64,000 nt of DNA from Chloroflexota bacterium (GTDB taxonomy: Bacteria; Chloroflexota; Dehalococcoidia; JAUQQI01). Location: NCBI GenBank assembly GCA_040289115.1, contig PSKS01000001.1:16081-80080 (forward strand), in the 5' to 3' direction. Both the position numbers and the translations under genes were made by a program. Of the stretch, positions 10,404-20,524 are shown piece by piece. The notes beneath the pieces are model-generated. The model ran no database searches. It worked only from the letters and a program-made list of their open reading frames with translations, and was not told where the DNA came from. Each line of letters begins with the position of its first letter. Within the stretch, counting starts at the first letter, position 1.

Positions 10404-11582
10404 TTGAACAACCGAAACCGCAGACGTCGCACCAGGCATCGTCGTTCCCAGCCGCCGGGCCTCGCCCGGGTTGGGGCTTACTGGCGCTGGGTCCTGCCCC
10501 TCTTGCTGGCCGGCCTGGCTTGGTACTTGGGCTTTGCCGTCTTGCCGGCCTACACGGCCGCCGCTCAGCGGGAGCGCACCCTCCAGACCTTGGACCGCAT
10601 TGCCTTGCTCCGGTCCCAAGCCCACCAGGAGGCCGACCCGGTCCGGGCTCGGGGATTCCTTCTTGAGGCCCTGGACCTGCTCCGTCGGTCGGACCTTACC
10701 ATCGACCCGGACCGGACCGCCCAGCTCCGGACGGCCGTCGAACGGGACCTGATGGCAGTGGACCGGGTAAAGGCCCCTCTGGCCGTGGTTTCCCTGGGCC
10801 GGCTGCCCGATTCGGCCGACCGGCTGGTCCTTTACGGCGACGTCCTTTACACCCTGGACCGCACCGGGTTGCGCCTGCGCCGCTGGCGGTTTGTGCCCGA
10901 CCGGGCCCGGGCCGCGGCCGCCCATCCCGAGGGGGTCGTCTACGATGGCCCCCGACCGGATGGACCCCATCAGCCCGACATTGGGGTGGTTCCGGAGGGC
11001 CCTAACCAGGGCCTGGTGCTGTTCACCGGCCAGGGGCTGATCCTAGTCCGGGATGGACAGGCCAGGGTGGGCAGCATCCGGGTTGGCCCGGAGGTCAGGA
11101 CGGTGGCCGCCGTTGAAGGCTTTGCCGAAAACCTTTATATCCTCGACCCTGGGAACCGGCTCGTCTGGCGCTACCTGCCCACCTGGAATGGGTTTGACGC
11201 CGACCCGAAGCCCGCCCTGCCCTACCTGCCGGTGGGGATTCTGGGGCTTTCCGTCGACCGGGTAGCCTTCGCCCTGGGTCTGGAAGGACGCCTTTGGCTG
11301 GCGCAGGGCAACGCCTGGGTGGAGGTTGACCTTTCGACGGTAAATCCGCCGCCCACCGGCCTCCGGGTAATTCGGGCCGACCAGCAGAACCAGCGGGTGT
11401 TACTGGGCGATCCGGAGCGGGGAAGGCTCATCGCGGTGGATTACTCGGGCAGGTTCCTGGGACAGGTGGTGGCCCCGGAGCTCCGGGGTCTCGCCGACCT
11501 GGCCGTTGACGGGGGGCTGAACCGTGTCTATATAATCTCCCAGGGGGCTCTTTACCGGCTCGACCTGCCCGAAATCAAATGA
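10404..11582 (+). CDS. Membrane-anchored hypothetical protein, probable beta-propeller (NHL-like) ectodomain
   Basis: Arg-rich N-terminus plus TM helix and repeated beta-blade motifs ([18 protein letters not shown]...VYII). ATGA overlap with tsaD. Confidence 0.65.
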   Translation: MNNRNRRRRTRHRRSQPPGLARVGAYWRWVLPLLLAGLAWYLGFAVLPAYTAAAQRERTLQTLDRIALLRSQAHQEADPVRARGFLLEALDLLRRSDLTIDPDRTAQLRTAVERDLMAVDRVKAPLAVVSLGRLPDSADRLVLYGDVLYTLDRTGLRLRRWRFVPDRARAAAAHPEGVVYDGPRPDGPHQPDIGVVPEGPNQGLVLFTGQGLILVRDGQARVGSIRVGPEVRTVAAVEGFAENLYILDPGNRLVWRYLPTWNGFDADPKPALPYLPVGILGLSVDRVAFALGLEGRLWLAQGNAWVEVDLSTVNPPPTGLRVIRADQQNQRVLLGDPERGRLIAVDYSGRFLGQVVAPELRGLADLAVDGGLNRVYIISQGALYRLDLPEIK

Positions 11583-12598
11583 CCCCACCGGTTCGCATCC
11601 TCGGAATCGAAACCTCCTGCGACGAGACGGCCGCGGCCGTAGTCGAAAACGGCCGCATTCTCCGGTCCAATGTGGTCGCCTCGCAGGAGGACCTGCATGC
11701 CCGCTACGGGGGCATTGTGCCCGAGCTTGCGTCCCGCCAGCACATCCGGCTCATCCTGCCGGTAATTGACGAAGCCCTTCGGCGGGCGCGGGTGGATTGG
11801 GCCGACCTTTCGGCCATCGCCGTAACCTACGGGCCCGGCCTGGTTGGGTCGCTGCTGGTCGGGGTGAACGCGGCCAAGGCCCTCGCCTTCGCCAAGGGCC
11901 TACCCCTGGTGGGGATAAACCACCTCGAAGGCCACGTTTACGCCAACTGGATTGAGGTCGATGGCAGCCCCGAGCCCCAACTGCCCTTGCTTTGTCTAAT
12001 CGTTTCCGGGGCCCACTCCGACCTCACCCTAATGCTGGACCACGGCAAGTTCCGCCGAATTGGCCGGACCCGGGACGATGCCGCCGGCGAAGCCTTCGAC
12101 AAGGTGGCCCGGCTCCTGGGCCTGGGTTTTCCGGGCGGACCGGCCATCCAACGGGCCGCCGAGCGGGGCAATCCCGAAGCCTACCCCCTGCCCCGGGCCG
12201 AAGTCAAAGACAGCTGGGACTTCAGCTTCAGCGGCCTAAAAACCGCTACCCTCCGGTTGGTGGAAAAGTTACGCCGGTCCGGTCCCCTCACGGAGCAACA
12301 GGTGGCCGACGTCGCGGCCTCCTTCCAGGAGGCCGTGGTAGATATGCTGGTTACGAAGACGGTGGCGGCGGCCGAAGCCTTTAAAGTGCCCCAGGTGGCC
12401 CTAGCGGGGGGAGTTGCGGCTAACCGGCGGCTTCGGCAGCGGCTGCAGGCGGAGTCCCCGGTGCCGGTAATTTACCCCCCGCCCCAGCTTTGCACCGACA
12501 ACGGTGCCATGATTGCGGCCGCCGGTTACTTCCGTTTTCAGGCAGGGGAGAGGTCGGGCCTCGATCTGGATGTGGTCTCAAACCTTAAACTTGAATAG
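11579..12598 (+). CDS. tsaD: tRNA N6-adenosine threonylcarbamoyltransferase
   Basis: [50 protein letters not shown] and CTDNGAMIA motifs. Confidence 0.97.
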   Translation: MTPPVRILGIETSCDETAAAVVENGRILRSNVVASQEDLHARYGGIVPELASRQHIRLILPVIDEALRRARVDWADLSAIAVTYGPGLVGSLLVGVNAAKALAFAKGLPLVGINHLEGHVYANWIEVDGSPEPQLPLLCLIVSGAHSDLTLMLDHGKFRRIGRTRDDAAGEAFDKVARLLGLGFPGGPAIQRAAERGNPEAYPLPRAEVKDSWDFSFSGLKTATLRLVEKLRRSGPLTEQQVADVAASFQEAVVDMLVTKTVAAAEAFKVPQVALAGGVAANRRLRQRLQAESPVPVIYPPPQLCTDNGAMIAAAGYFRFQAGERSGLDLDVVSNLKLE

Positions 12599-12637
12599 TT
12601 GCTATTATCCTGAAGAAGCCTAACCGAAGGAGGCGCT

Positions 12638-13426
12638 ATGGGGTTTCAGTATATTCTCTACGAGAAGCGGGACCGTATCGCCTACCTGACCATCAACCGG
12701 CCGGAGGTCCTCAACGCCATTCACCCGCCGGCCAGCAAGGAGCTTCACGAGGCCTTCTGCGACTTCCGGGACGACCCCGAGTGCTGGGTCGCCATCCTGA
12801 CCGGGGCTGGCGACCGGGCCTTCTCGGCCGGAAACGACCTTAAGTGGACGGCTGAGCACGGGGGACTGGCCCAGCAGTTGGCCGAGTTCGGCGATATTCC
12901 CTTCGGTGGGATCACCACCGGCTTTGAGTGCTGGAAGCCCATCATCGCGGCGGTGAACGGCTACGCCCTGGGCGGGGGGATGGAGATGGCCATGGCTTGC
13001 GACATCATCATCGCCGCCGAACACGCCGAATTCGGCCAGCCGGAACCCCGGGTCGGCCTGATCGCGGCCGCCGGCGGGGTCCACCGCCTGCCCCGCCATG
13101 TCCCCCTCAAGCAGGCCATGGGCCTGCTTTTGACCGGCCGCCGGATCACTGCCCAGGAGGCCTACCGGATAGGGCTGGTCAACGAGGTGGTGCCCCTTAA
13201 GGACCTTATCCCCACCGCCGAGCGGTGGGCCCGGGAGATCCTCGAGTGCGCCCCCCTGGCCGTCCGGGCAACTAAACAGGCTGCCCTGAAGGGCCTCGGC
13301 TGGCCCCTTGAGGTCGCGATGAACCTCAACTACGAGTGGGTGAACCGCTGGCGCCGGGCCGAGGATACCATCGAGGGGCCCCGGGCCTTCGCCGAAAAGC
13401 GCAGGCCCGTCTGGAAGGGCCGCTGA
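12638..13426 (+). CDS. Enoyl-CoA hydratase/crotonase family protein (CaiD-like)
   Basis: AFSAGNDLK, AAVNGYALGGGME, FGQPEPRVG and AFAEKRRPVWKGR motifs; AAGGAGG SD. Confidence 0.92.
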   Translation: MGFQYILYEKRDRIAYLTINRPEVLNAIHPPASKELHEAFCDFRDDPECWVAILTGAGDRAFSAGNDLKWTAEHGGLAQQLAEFGDIPFGGITTGFECWKPIIAAVNGYALGGGMEMAMACDIIIAAEHAEFGQPEPRVGLIAAAGGVHRLPRHVPLKQAMGLLLTGRRITAQEAYRIGLVNEVVPLKDLIPTAERWAREILECAPLAVRATKQAALKGLGWPLEVAMNLNYEWVNRWRRAEDTIEGPRAFAEKRRPVWKGR

Positions 13427-13436
13427 CGGCCGGACC

Positions 13437-14366
13437 ATGCCCGACAAGGTAAAACTCGGCCTCGGCCTTGGGGCCTGGCCCTTCGGGCCCCCCGACCCCG
13501 AGCGGTTCTTGACCTACATCGACCGGGCCGAAGCCCTGGGTATCGATTCGGTCTGGCTGAGTGAACGCCTAGTGGCTGGGTCGGTTCTGGAGCCGGTGGT
13601 GGCCATGGCCGTCGCCGCCGGCCGGACCTGGCGCCTCAAGGTGGGGACCAGCGTCCTCGTCCCGGCCCTTCGGCAGCCAGTGGTGCTGGCCAAGGAGCTG
13701 GCAACCTTGGACTTCCTTTCACGTGGCCGGTTGCTTCTGAGCGTCGGGCTGGGGGCTGACGACCCGGCCGAATTTGCGGCCGCCGGGGTGGCCAAATCGG
13801 AGCGGGCGGCCCGGACCGACGAGGCGGTGGCCTTGCTGCGCCGGCTCTGGACTGAGCATCGGGTAACCTTTTCGGGCCGCTACTACCGGGTTAAAGACGT
13901 TGAAGTCTGGCCGAAGCCTTACCGGCCGGGCGGCCCGCCAATCTGGGTTGGGGGAAGGTCGGAGGCGGCCCTGGACCGGACGGCCCGGCTCGGGGACGGC
14001 TGGCTGGCGTCCAGCATCACCCCCGATGAGTTTGCCGCCGGACGCCGGCGCATTGAAGTGCTCCTTCACCGCTACGGCCGAACCATCGAGCCGGACCACT
14101 ACGGGGTTTACCTGCCCTTCTTCGTTGCCGAGACCCGGTCCCGGGCCTGGGAACTGGCTGGCCCTTACCTTCTTCGGCGTCGGACGGACGTGGATCCGGC
14201 CGCCTACTCGGCCATTGGCACCCTGGCCGACTGCCGGGCCGCCATCGACCGTTACCTGGCGGCCGGGGCCGTAAAGTTCGTTTTGCGGCCGGTTGGCCCC
14301 CCGGAGGCCCTGGTCGACCAGTTGCAGGTCCTGGCCCAAGAATTGCGCCAGGTCTATGAGGAATAA
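13437..14366 (+). CDS. LLM-class (luciferase-like) flavin/F420-dependent oxidoreductase
   Basis: DSVWLSE, LAKELATLDFLSRGR, PPIWVGG and RTARLGDGW motifs. Confidence 0.88.
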   Translation: MPDKVKLGLGLGAWPFGPPDPERFLTYIDRAEALGIDSVWLSERLVAGSVLEPVVAMAVAAGRTWRLKVGTSVLVPALRQPVVLAKELATLDFLSRGRLLLSVGLGADDPAEFAAAGVAKSERAARTDEAVALLRRLWTEHRVTFSGRYYRVKDVEVWPKPYRPGGPPIWVGGRSEAALDRTARLGDGWLASSITPDEFAAGRRRIEVLLHRYGRTIEPDHYGVYLPFFVAETRSRAWELAGPYLLRRRTDVDPAAYSAIGTLADCRAAIDRYLAAGAVKFVLRPVGPPEALVDQLQVLAQELRQVYEE

Positions 14367-14371
14367 TCCTT

Positions 14372-15634
14372 ATGTCGGCGGAACTCAATAAGCTGGTTGC
14401 CAAACGGCCGTCGGGTCTGCCCTGGGCGGAGGGGTTTGTCGCCCCGGCCTATGACGGCCGCTCCCTGATAAACCTTGCGGCGGCCGTTCTTTTCGGTTTC
14501 GGGATTGAGCCCCCCACCCCAGTCCTAGCCATTCCGGAGGTGGCCTCGGAGCTTCGGTCAGCTCGGAAGGTGGTGCTCTTCCTCGTCGACGCCCTCGGCT
14601 ACGAATTCTTCACCGCCTACCTGGAGGCCACCCCCGATTCGGTCTGGCACGAGCTGACCGACGAGGTTCACCCCATCACGTCGGTTTTCCCGTCGACGAC
14701 GGTGGCGGCCCTGACGAGCCTATGGACGGCCCGAAGCCCCCTCGAACACGGCCTCATCGCCTACGAGTTGCTTTTAAAAGATTTGGGCCTTACGGCTAAG
14801 ATGATCGAGCTTACCCCCAGTGTGAGTCGGGAGCCGGAGTGGCTTATAAAGGCCGGACTCATCAAGCCGGAGGAGTTTATGCCTTTGCCCCTCCTAAGCC
14901 AGCTGCTGACCGAGGCTGGGGTCGAGGTTTACGGCCTGATGTATAAGCCCTACTGGCGCAGCGGCCTCACCCAGCTCCACCTACGCGGCGTAAAACCCCT
15001 CGGCTACTTCACCCTGACCGACCTGATGATTACACTCCGGGATTTTCTTAACACCCAGACCGACGGCCCCTTTTACCTCTGGGTCTACTGGCCCGGCCTC
15101 GACACCCTCGGCCACATGTATGGGGTTGACCTCGTCCGTCTCCGGGCCGAGTTCGAAGAGATCGGCCGCCTCCTCCGGAACCTGGTGTTGAGGGGGCTTA
15201 CGGGTCCGGCCCGGGCGGGCCTGACGGTACTGGTTACCGGCGACCACGGGATGGTCAGCACCCCCGATGAGGCCATTCTTACGGCCCGCTCGGAGCCGGA
15301 GCTGATGCGCCCCCTGGTCTTCCTGCCCACCGGGGAGGGGCGGGCGGCCTTTCTCTACGTCCGGCCAGGGACCGAGGCCGAGGTTCAGCGCTACTTCGCC
15401 GGCCGATACCCCGACCGCTTTGTCATCTGGCCGGGGCGGGAAGCCATCCGGGCCGGCCTGTTCGGCCCGGGCGAACCGCCCGAGTATACCTGGGACCGGG
15501 TTGGGGACCTTATCGTGGTGGCCCGGGGCAACAACGCCCTTTACTGGGGGGTCACCCCGAACCAGCTTTTGGGCCGGCACGGGGGTGTCGAATTTGCCGA
15601 GATGGTAGTCCCCCTTATCCGGCTCAGGCTTTGA
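14372..15634 (+). CDS. Alkaline-phosphatase-superfamily nucleotide pyrophosphatase/phosphodiesterase
   Basis: FLVDALG, SVFPSTT (Thr nucleophile), LDTLGH, TGDHG and GRHGG motifs. Confidence 0.88.
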   Translation: MSAELNKLVAKRPSGLPWAEGFVAPAYDGRSLINLAAAVLFGFGIEPPTPVLAIPEVASELRSARKVVLFLVDALGYEFFTAYLEATPDSVWHELTDEVHPITSVFPSTTVAALTSLWTARSPLEHGLIAYELLLKDLGLTAKMIELTPSVSREPEWLIKAGLIKPEEFMPLPLLSQLLTEAGVEVYGLMYKPYWRSGLTQLHLRGVKPLGYFTLTDLMITLRDFLNTQTDGPFYLWVYWPGLDTLGHMYGVDLVRLRAEFEEIGRLLRNLVLRGLTGPARAGLTVLVTGDHGMVSTPDEAILTARSEPELMRPLVFLPTGEGRAAFLYVRPGTEAEVQRYFAGRYPDRFVIWPGREAIRAGLFGPGEPPEYTWDRVGDLIVVARGNNALYWGVTPNQLLGRHGGVEFAEMVVPLIRLRL

Positions 15635-16559
15635 CCTGCGGCCGCCGCAACCGGGGGATTATCTCGGCCGCAACCGCCTTTACCTGCTCAAAGTACCGCT
15701 CGGCCCGCCCGGTGGGCACCAGAACGAAATACTCGACCCCGGCGGCCACGTATTCTTCCAACCGGCGCCGGCAGTCGTCCGGATTTCCCAGCACCACGTA
15801 GCGGTCGACGACCCTATCGAAGGGCTGGTTGTACTGCCGGGAGAGCCGCTCGACGGCCTCGGACCTAGCCTCCCCGTAGGAGTCGGCTACGCAGATAAAC
15901 TGGTAGAGAGCCTTTACAACCTGGTCCGGGCTCCGGCCGCGCCGTTCCAGCTCCCGGTAAAGCAGGTCAAGGCTATTCCGGTACCGCTCCGGGCTGAAGA
16001 GATATGGCAGGTAGCCGTCGCCCAGACGGGCTGCCCGTTGAATGGCGGCCTCGGAGCGGCCGGCCACCCAGATGGGTGGCCCGCCAGGCCGGGCCGGCCT
16101 AGGCCAGAGGGTTACGTTCTCAACGGCAAAGAAGCGGCCCCGAAAGGTGACGTTTTCTTCCGACCAGAGGCGGCGCATCAACCGAAGGGACTCGTTGGTG
16201 CGGGCGCCCCTTTCGGCCACGGGGACCCCGACAGCCTCGAATTCTTTGGGGTATTCGCCCCCAACCCCAATCCCCAGGATGAGGCGGCCACTCGAAAGGA
16301 GGTCCAGGGTTGCCGCTGCCTTGGCCAGGATAAGGGGGTGACGCAGGGGTACCAAGACGACGGCGCTCCCAACGGCGATGTTTTGGGTTTGTTGGGCAAA
16401 AAAGCTTAATGTAACCAGGGCCTCGTAGGTGGGGCCGTAGAAGAAAAGGTGTTCACCCGCCCAAATGGAATCGTAGCCAAGGTCCTCAACGGCACCGGCC
16501 TCCCGCCAGGATGCTGGCGGAAAGACGAGCCCGAAGCGCAGTTTAGCCTCAGCGCCCAA
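15624..16559 (-). CDS. LLM-class flavin/F420-dependent oxidoreductase
   Basis: [31 protein letters not shown] and AARLGDG motifs. Confidence 0.88.
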   Translation of the reverse strand: MGAEAKLRFGLVFPPASWREAGAVEDLGYDSIWAGEHLFFYGPTYEALVTLSFFAQQTQNIAVGSAVVLVPLRHPLILAKAAATLDLLSSGRLILGIGVGGEYPKEFEAVGVPVAERGARTNESLRLMRRLWSEENVTFRGRFFAVENVTLWPRPARPGGPPIWVAGRSEAAIQRAARLGDGYLPYLFSPERYRNSLDLLYRELERRGRSPDQVVKALYQFICVADSYGEARSEAVERLSRQYNQPFDRVVDRYVVLGNPDDCRRRLEEYVAAGVEYFVLVPTGRAERYFEQVKAVAAEIIPRLRRPQVKA

Positions 16560-16737
16560 ACTGGTTGCGACCGGCGGCCTCCGGCGGGGTAGAGTCCTCC
16601 TCGCTGGCCTTCCGGAACTCCCGGATCATCCGGCCAAGCCCGGAGCCGAGCTCCGGCAGCCGGCTGGCCCCGAAAATCAACAGAACGATCACCAGGATAA
16701 TGATGAGCTCGGGCAGCCCAAAGTTAAACGGCAGCAC
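16549..16737 (-). CDS. tatA: Twin-arginine translocase TatA/E subunit
   Basis: [37 protein letters not shown]; GGAGG SD before GTG. Confidence 0.95.
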   Translation of the reverse strand: MLPFNFGLPELIIILVIVLLIFGASRLPELGSGLGRMIREFRKASEEDSTPPEAAGRNQFGR

Positions 16738-16799
16738 TTTTCAAACCTCCCATTAATCTTACACCAACGCGATAACCGGAGTCTTGAGCGGCCCCCCCC

Positions 16800-17918
16800 T
16801 CACAGGCCGTGGATGGGGAATATGAGCTGTTTCACTAATTCGACGCTGGCCCGGGCAAAGGCCCGGATGTCGGCACCCAGCTTTTCGGGGAGCGGGTTGG
16901 GGAGGGGGTCCCGAAGCCGCCGGCCCACCAGCCCGTGGAACTGAGCCGGAATGTCGTCGGGCAGTTCGAAGCCTCCAAACTCGGCGTAGGCGAGGGCCCA
17001 GGCCCGAGGGACAACACTCAGGTTGTAGCCCCCGCCCCCCAGGGCCACTAGCCGGGGGCTCAAACGGATGATGCGCCGGACGGCCTCGATAAAGCCGTAG
17101 GTGGTGAGGGCCAAGTGGGTGAGGGGGTCGTCCCGGTGGCTATCCACCCCGAGCTGGGCCACCACAATATCGGGCCTGAAAGCTTCGATTAGGGGAGGCA
17201 CGACCTGGTCAAAGGCCCAGAGCCAGGTCTCATCGTCGGTGTAGGGGGCCAGGGGGATGTTCACCGAGTAGCCCCGACCCCTGCCCGTCCCGATCTCCTG
17301 GACGTCGCCAGTGCCCGGGAATAAAAATCGGCCCGATTCGTGGATGGAGATGGTCAGGACCCGGTCGGTGCCGTAAAAGATATATTGGACGCCGTCGCCG
17401 TGGTGGGCGTCGATGTCAATATAGGCCACCCGGTAGCCCCGGTTGACAAGGTGGGCAATCACGATGGCCGGGTCGTTAAAAATACAAAAGCCCGAAGCCC
17501 GGTCGGGCATGGCGTGGTGGAGGCCGCCGGCGATGTTGAAGGCGACGGAGAAGGTGCCCTCCACCACCAGCTCCGCAGCCTTAAGGCTGGCCCCAACCAC
17601 CAGCTTGGAAGCATCATACATTCCGGGGAAGACCGGATTATCGCCCCACTCGGAGAAGTTGTAGCGGGCAGGGTTGTACCGGCGCTCGCCCCGGCTCAGG
17701 CTCTTTACGGCCTCGACGTACTCGGGGTCGTGGACGAGGCGCAAATCGTCGTCGGTGGCCTCGCCGGGGGCCACCAACTCGGTATTTTCCAACTTGAACA
17801 CCCCGTAGGCTTCTAAAAGCTCGTAAGTGTACCGATATCTGACGGGCTTTAACGGGTGGTCTGGACGGTAGACGTGCCGGGAAAGGGCGTCATCGTAAAC
17901 GAAGGCCGCCCGCCTCAT
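16800..17918 (-). CDS. acuC: AcuC-like zinc-dependent deacetylase (HDAC family)
   Basis: HPLKP, GGLHHA, SGFCIFND, DIDAHHGDG, SIHESG, GVDSH and GGGGY motifs. Confidence 0.9.
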   Translation of the reverse strand: MRRAAFVYDDALSRHVYRPDHPLKPVRYRYTYELLEAYGVFKLENTELVAPGEATDDDLRLVHDPEYVEAVKSLSRGERRYNPARYNFSEWGDNPVFPGMYDASKLVVGASLKAAELVVEGTFSVAFNIAGGLHHAMPDRASGFCIFNDPAIVIAHLVNRGYRVAYIDIDAHHGDGVQYIFYGTDRVLTISIHESGRFLFPGTGDVQEIGTGRGRGYSVNIPLAPYTDDETWLWAFDQVVPPLIEAFRPDIVVAQLGVDSHRDDPLTHLALTTYGFIEAVRRIIRLSPRLVALGGGGYNLSVVPRAWALAYAEFGGFELPDDIPAQFHGLVGRRLRDPLPNPLPEKLGADIRAFARASVELVKQLIFPIHGL

Positions 17919-18418
17919 TCCGACCCGACCACAACCGTCTGAAGTTCGGCCCGCATCCGCTCCCAGTGGGTTCCCGGCCAGTAAACCCGGCCGCAGCTAG
18001 GACAACGCCGGAAATCCTCCTGGGTGGCGTGGACATAGGGGGGCACCCGGTGGGCCACCTCGGTCTTGGCCACGGGGTGCAGGGTCGAGTTGCACGCCAG
18101 GCAGCGGGAGAACCACCGCTCCGGGGCCGGAAGCTTGAGGGCTTCGACGACCTCTCGGAGCTGGCCGAGCCGGTCGTTGCTTCGAACAAACACAACCCTG
18201 AGCCGCCCCTCCATCACCTCCCGCCGGCGCAGAAAGGCGGTATCCTTGGTGACAATGATGCGGTCCTCCCGCCGGGCGATGGCCAACAGGTCCTCGTCGG
18301 CGATGGGGTTAATGAACAAGGTGTCGAACCCGAGAACCCGAAGCCACTTGGCAAGGCGGCCGACGTTGTTATCGACAATAAATTTTGGGCTGGAGTCCAT
18401 CGGGGGATCAGCGGCCAA
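17915..18418 (-). CDS. Mut7-C RNase (PIN-like) domain protein with zinc ribbon
   Basis: FIVDNNVGRLAKWLRVLGFDT, RIIVTKD, RCLACN...CPSCGRVYWPGTH. Confidence 0.9.
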   Translation of the reverse strand: MAADPPMDSSPKFIVDNNVGRLAKWLRVLGFDTLFINPIADEDLLAIARREDRIIVTKDTAFLRRREVMEGRLRVVFVRSNDRLGQLREVVEALKLPAPERWFSRCLACNSTLHPVAKTEVAHRVPPYVHATQEDFRRCPSCGRVYWPGTHWERMRAELQTVVVGSE

Positions 18419-18824
18419 TGATTCGGCGCCACCAGCGCCGAATCTTCAGCCAGAGGTTGTCGCCGTACGGGGAGTAGTCTTCAATATACTGACCCCGCCA
18501 CCGGGGGGTGTAACGGGGCCGCCCGGCCCGAAGGACCGACCAGGTAAAACCGATTAAAAACAAAAACAGGCCGAGCATGCCCAGGTAGTAGCCGGCCCGG
18601 GGAAGCAGGAGCCGCAAAAACCAGGCGCTCAATACTAAGACGACACTCACCAGGATGAGCTGACCGGGGTCGGTAAGAAACCCGGGGACCGGAATGGTTA
18701 CCTGAAAGCCGTTGACGAACCTCCGGAAGCGGCCTTTAAGCCGGGCCCACAGGCTGCGCCTGGGACCCTGCCGTTCCATCCGCTCGAAGATTTCCCGTAG
18801 CTGCTCTTCAATCGGGTCAGGCAT
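18408..18824 (-). CDS. Hypothetical two-TM membrane protein
   Basis: Two hydrophobic helices and a conserved-looking RWRGQYIE tail. It overlaps the Mut7-C start and has a promoter upstream. Confidence 0.7.
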   Translation of the reverse strand: MPDPIEEQLREIFERMERQGPRRSLWARLKGRFRRFVNGFQVTIPVPGFLTDPGQLILVSVVLVLSAWFLRLLLPRAGYYLGMLGLFLFLIGFTWSVLRAGRPRYTPRWRGQYIEDYSPYGDNLWLKIRRWWRRIIGR

Positions 18825-18846
18825 GCCGCAAACAACCCCCAACCTT

Positions 18847-18875
18847 ATTGTATGTCAACTGGAAACCCTATTCAA
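18847..18875 (-). promoter_or_regulatory. Putative sigma70 promoter
   Basis: TTGAAT, N17, TACAAT on the minus strand. Confidence 0.55.
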
Positions 18876-19005
18876 CCCAGGGGGTTTATTTCTTGTCGAG
18901 CTGAGCCAGAACGGCCCCTAGGCCGTGCCCCACTGCAGCAAGTCTAGCAATTGTCTGATAGTCAATCCAAAAGCTGGAAAGCCCCCGGCTTGGCCCGTTG
19001 ACTAC

Positions 19006-19035
19006 TTGACCAACGGGTGAAGTCTGGTTTATGCT
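19006..19035 (+). promoter_or_regulatory. Putative sigma70 promoter for the AAA-VWA operon
   Basis: TTGACC, N18, TATGCT. Confidence 0.5.
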
Positions 19036-19075
19036 TGGGCTGAAGACCTAATGGAGGGGAAGGGGATAATCGGTT

Positions 19076-20476
19076 ATGGCTTCGGCTAAACCCAGAACCA
19101 TCGGTGAACTTCGTCGGAGCGGCTACAAGGTAATATCAGTCAAAGAGGAGCTACGCAAAAACCTTATCGAAAAGATCCGCCGGGGCGAGGAACTGTTCCC
19201 CGGCATTATTGGTTTTGACGACACGGTAATTCCCCAAATTGAAAATGCCATCCTCTCTGGGCAGGATATTATCCTCTTGGGCGAACGGGGGCAGGCGAAG
19301 ACCCGGCTCATCCGGTTGCTGGTTAACCTGCTCGACCCGGAGATCCCCATCATCGCCGGGTGCGAGATAAACGACAACCCGTATGCCCCCATCTGCAGGC
19401 GATGTCGGGACCTGGTCGCCGAGTTCGGGGATGATGTGGAGGTCGACTGGCTGCCCCGGGAGGCCCGCTATGCCGAGAAGCTGGCCACCCCTGATGTCAC
19501 CATTGCCGACCTTATCGGGGAGGTGGACCCCATTCGGGTGGCCGAGGGCCGATACCTGGCCGATGAGCTCACCATCCACTACGGCCTCATTCCCCGGGTG
19601 AACCGGGGCATTTTTGCCATTAACGAGCTTCCCGACCTGGCCGAGCGGATCCAAGTGGGCCTTTTCAACATCATGGAGGAGCGGGACGTTCAGATTCGGG
19701 GCTACCGGATCCGGCTGCCTCTGGACGTCTACGTGGTGGCGACGGCCAACCCCGAGGATTACACCAATCGGGGTCGGATTATTACCCCCTTAAAGGACCG
19801 CTACGGCTCCCAGATCCGGACCCACTACCCCCGCACCATCGAGGAAGAGATCCGGATAATGGAACAGGAGCGGACCGCCTTTGAAGATGCCCGCTTCCAG
19901 ATAACGGTGCCCCAGTACATCAAGGAGATTATTGCCGAGGTATCGGCCCTGGCCCGCAAGAGTCCGGACATCAACCAGCGGTCGGGGGTGAGCGTGCGGG
20001 TATCCATTGCCAACTATGAGAATGTCATTTCCAACTCCCTGCGCCGGGCCATCCGCCTCGGCGAAGAGCATGTTGTCCCCCGGATGAGCGACCTTCCGGC
20101 CATCATCGCCTCCACCGCCGGCAAAATCGAGCTCGAATCCGTCGAGGACGGTCGGGAAGAGCAGGTTGTCGAGCGGCTCCTGCTCAATGCCGTTGCCCGC
20201 ACCTTCAACCGTTACTTTGAGGTCCAGCAGTTCGAGCCCCTCATCCAGCGCTTCCGGGGCGGCCTTAAGGTAGACGTGGGGGAGATGATGCCCTCGGGCC
20301 ACTACGTGCGGCTGATGCGGGAGCTGGACGGGATGCTGGAGGGGGTGGCCAGGCTGGGGGCCTACGATAGCCCGGCCACTATCGCCAGCGCTGTCGAGTT
20401 TATCCTCGAGGGGCTCCATGTGAACAAGCGGCTTAACAAAGAGAAACTGCCAGGAAAGGTGGTTTACCGGTCTTAA
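19076..20476 (+). CDS. Magnesium-chelatase-like AAA+ ATPase (Rv0958-type)
   Basis: Walker A variant GERGQAKT, Walker B variant FAINE, ATANPEDYTNRGRII and SGVSVR motifs. Confidence 0.88.
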   Translation: MASAKPRTIGELRRSGYKVISVKEELRKNLIEKIRRGEELFPGIIGFDDTVIPQIENAILSGQDIILLGERGQAKTRLIRLLVNLLDPEIPIIAGCEINDNPYAPICRRCRDLVAEFGDDVEVDWLPREARYAEKLATPDVTIADLIGEVDPIRVAEGRYLADELTIHYGLIPRVNRGIFAINELPDLAERIQVGLFNIMEERDVQIRGYRIRLPLDVYVVATANPEDYTNRGRIITPLKDRYGSQIRTHYPRTIEEEIRIMEQERTAFEDARFQITVPQYIKEIIAEVSALARKSPDINQRSGVSVRVSIANYENVISNSLRRAIRLGEEHVVPRMSDLPAIIASTAGKIELESVEDGREEQVVERLLLNAVARTFNRYFEVQQFEPLIQRFRGGLKVDVGEMMPSGHYVRLMRELDGMLEGVARLGAYDSPATIASAVEFILEGLHVNKRLNKEKLPGKVVYRS

Positions 20477-20524
20477 GGCGGTGCGGTCGGCTCCGGCCGC
20501 CAACTTTGGGAGGGGGCTTTCGGC

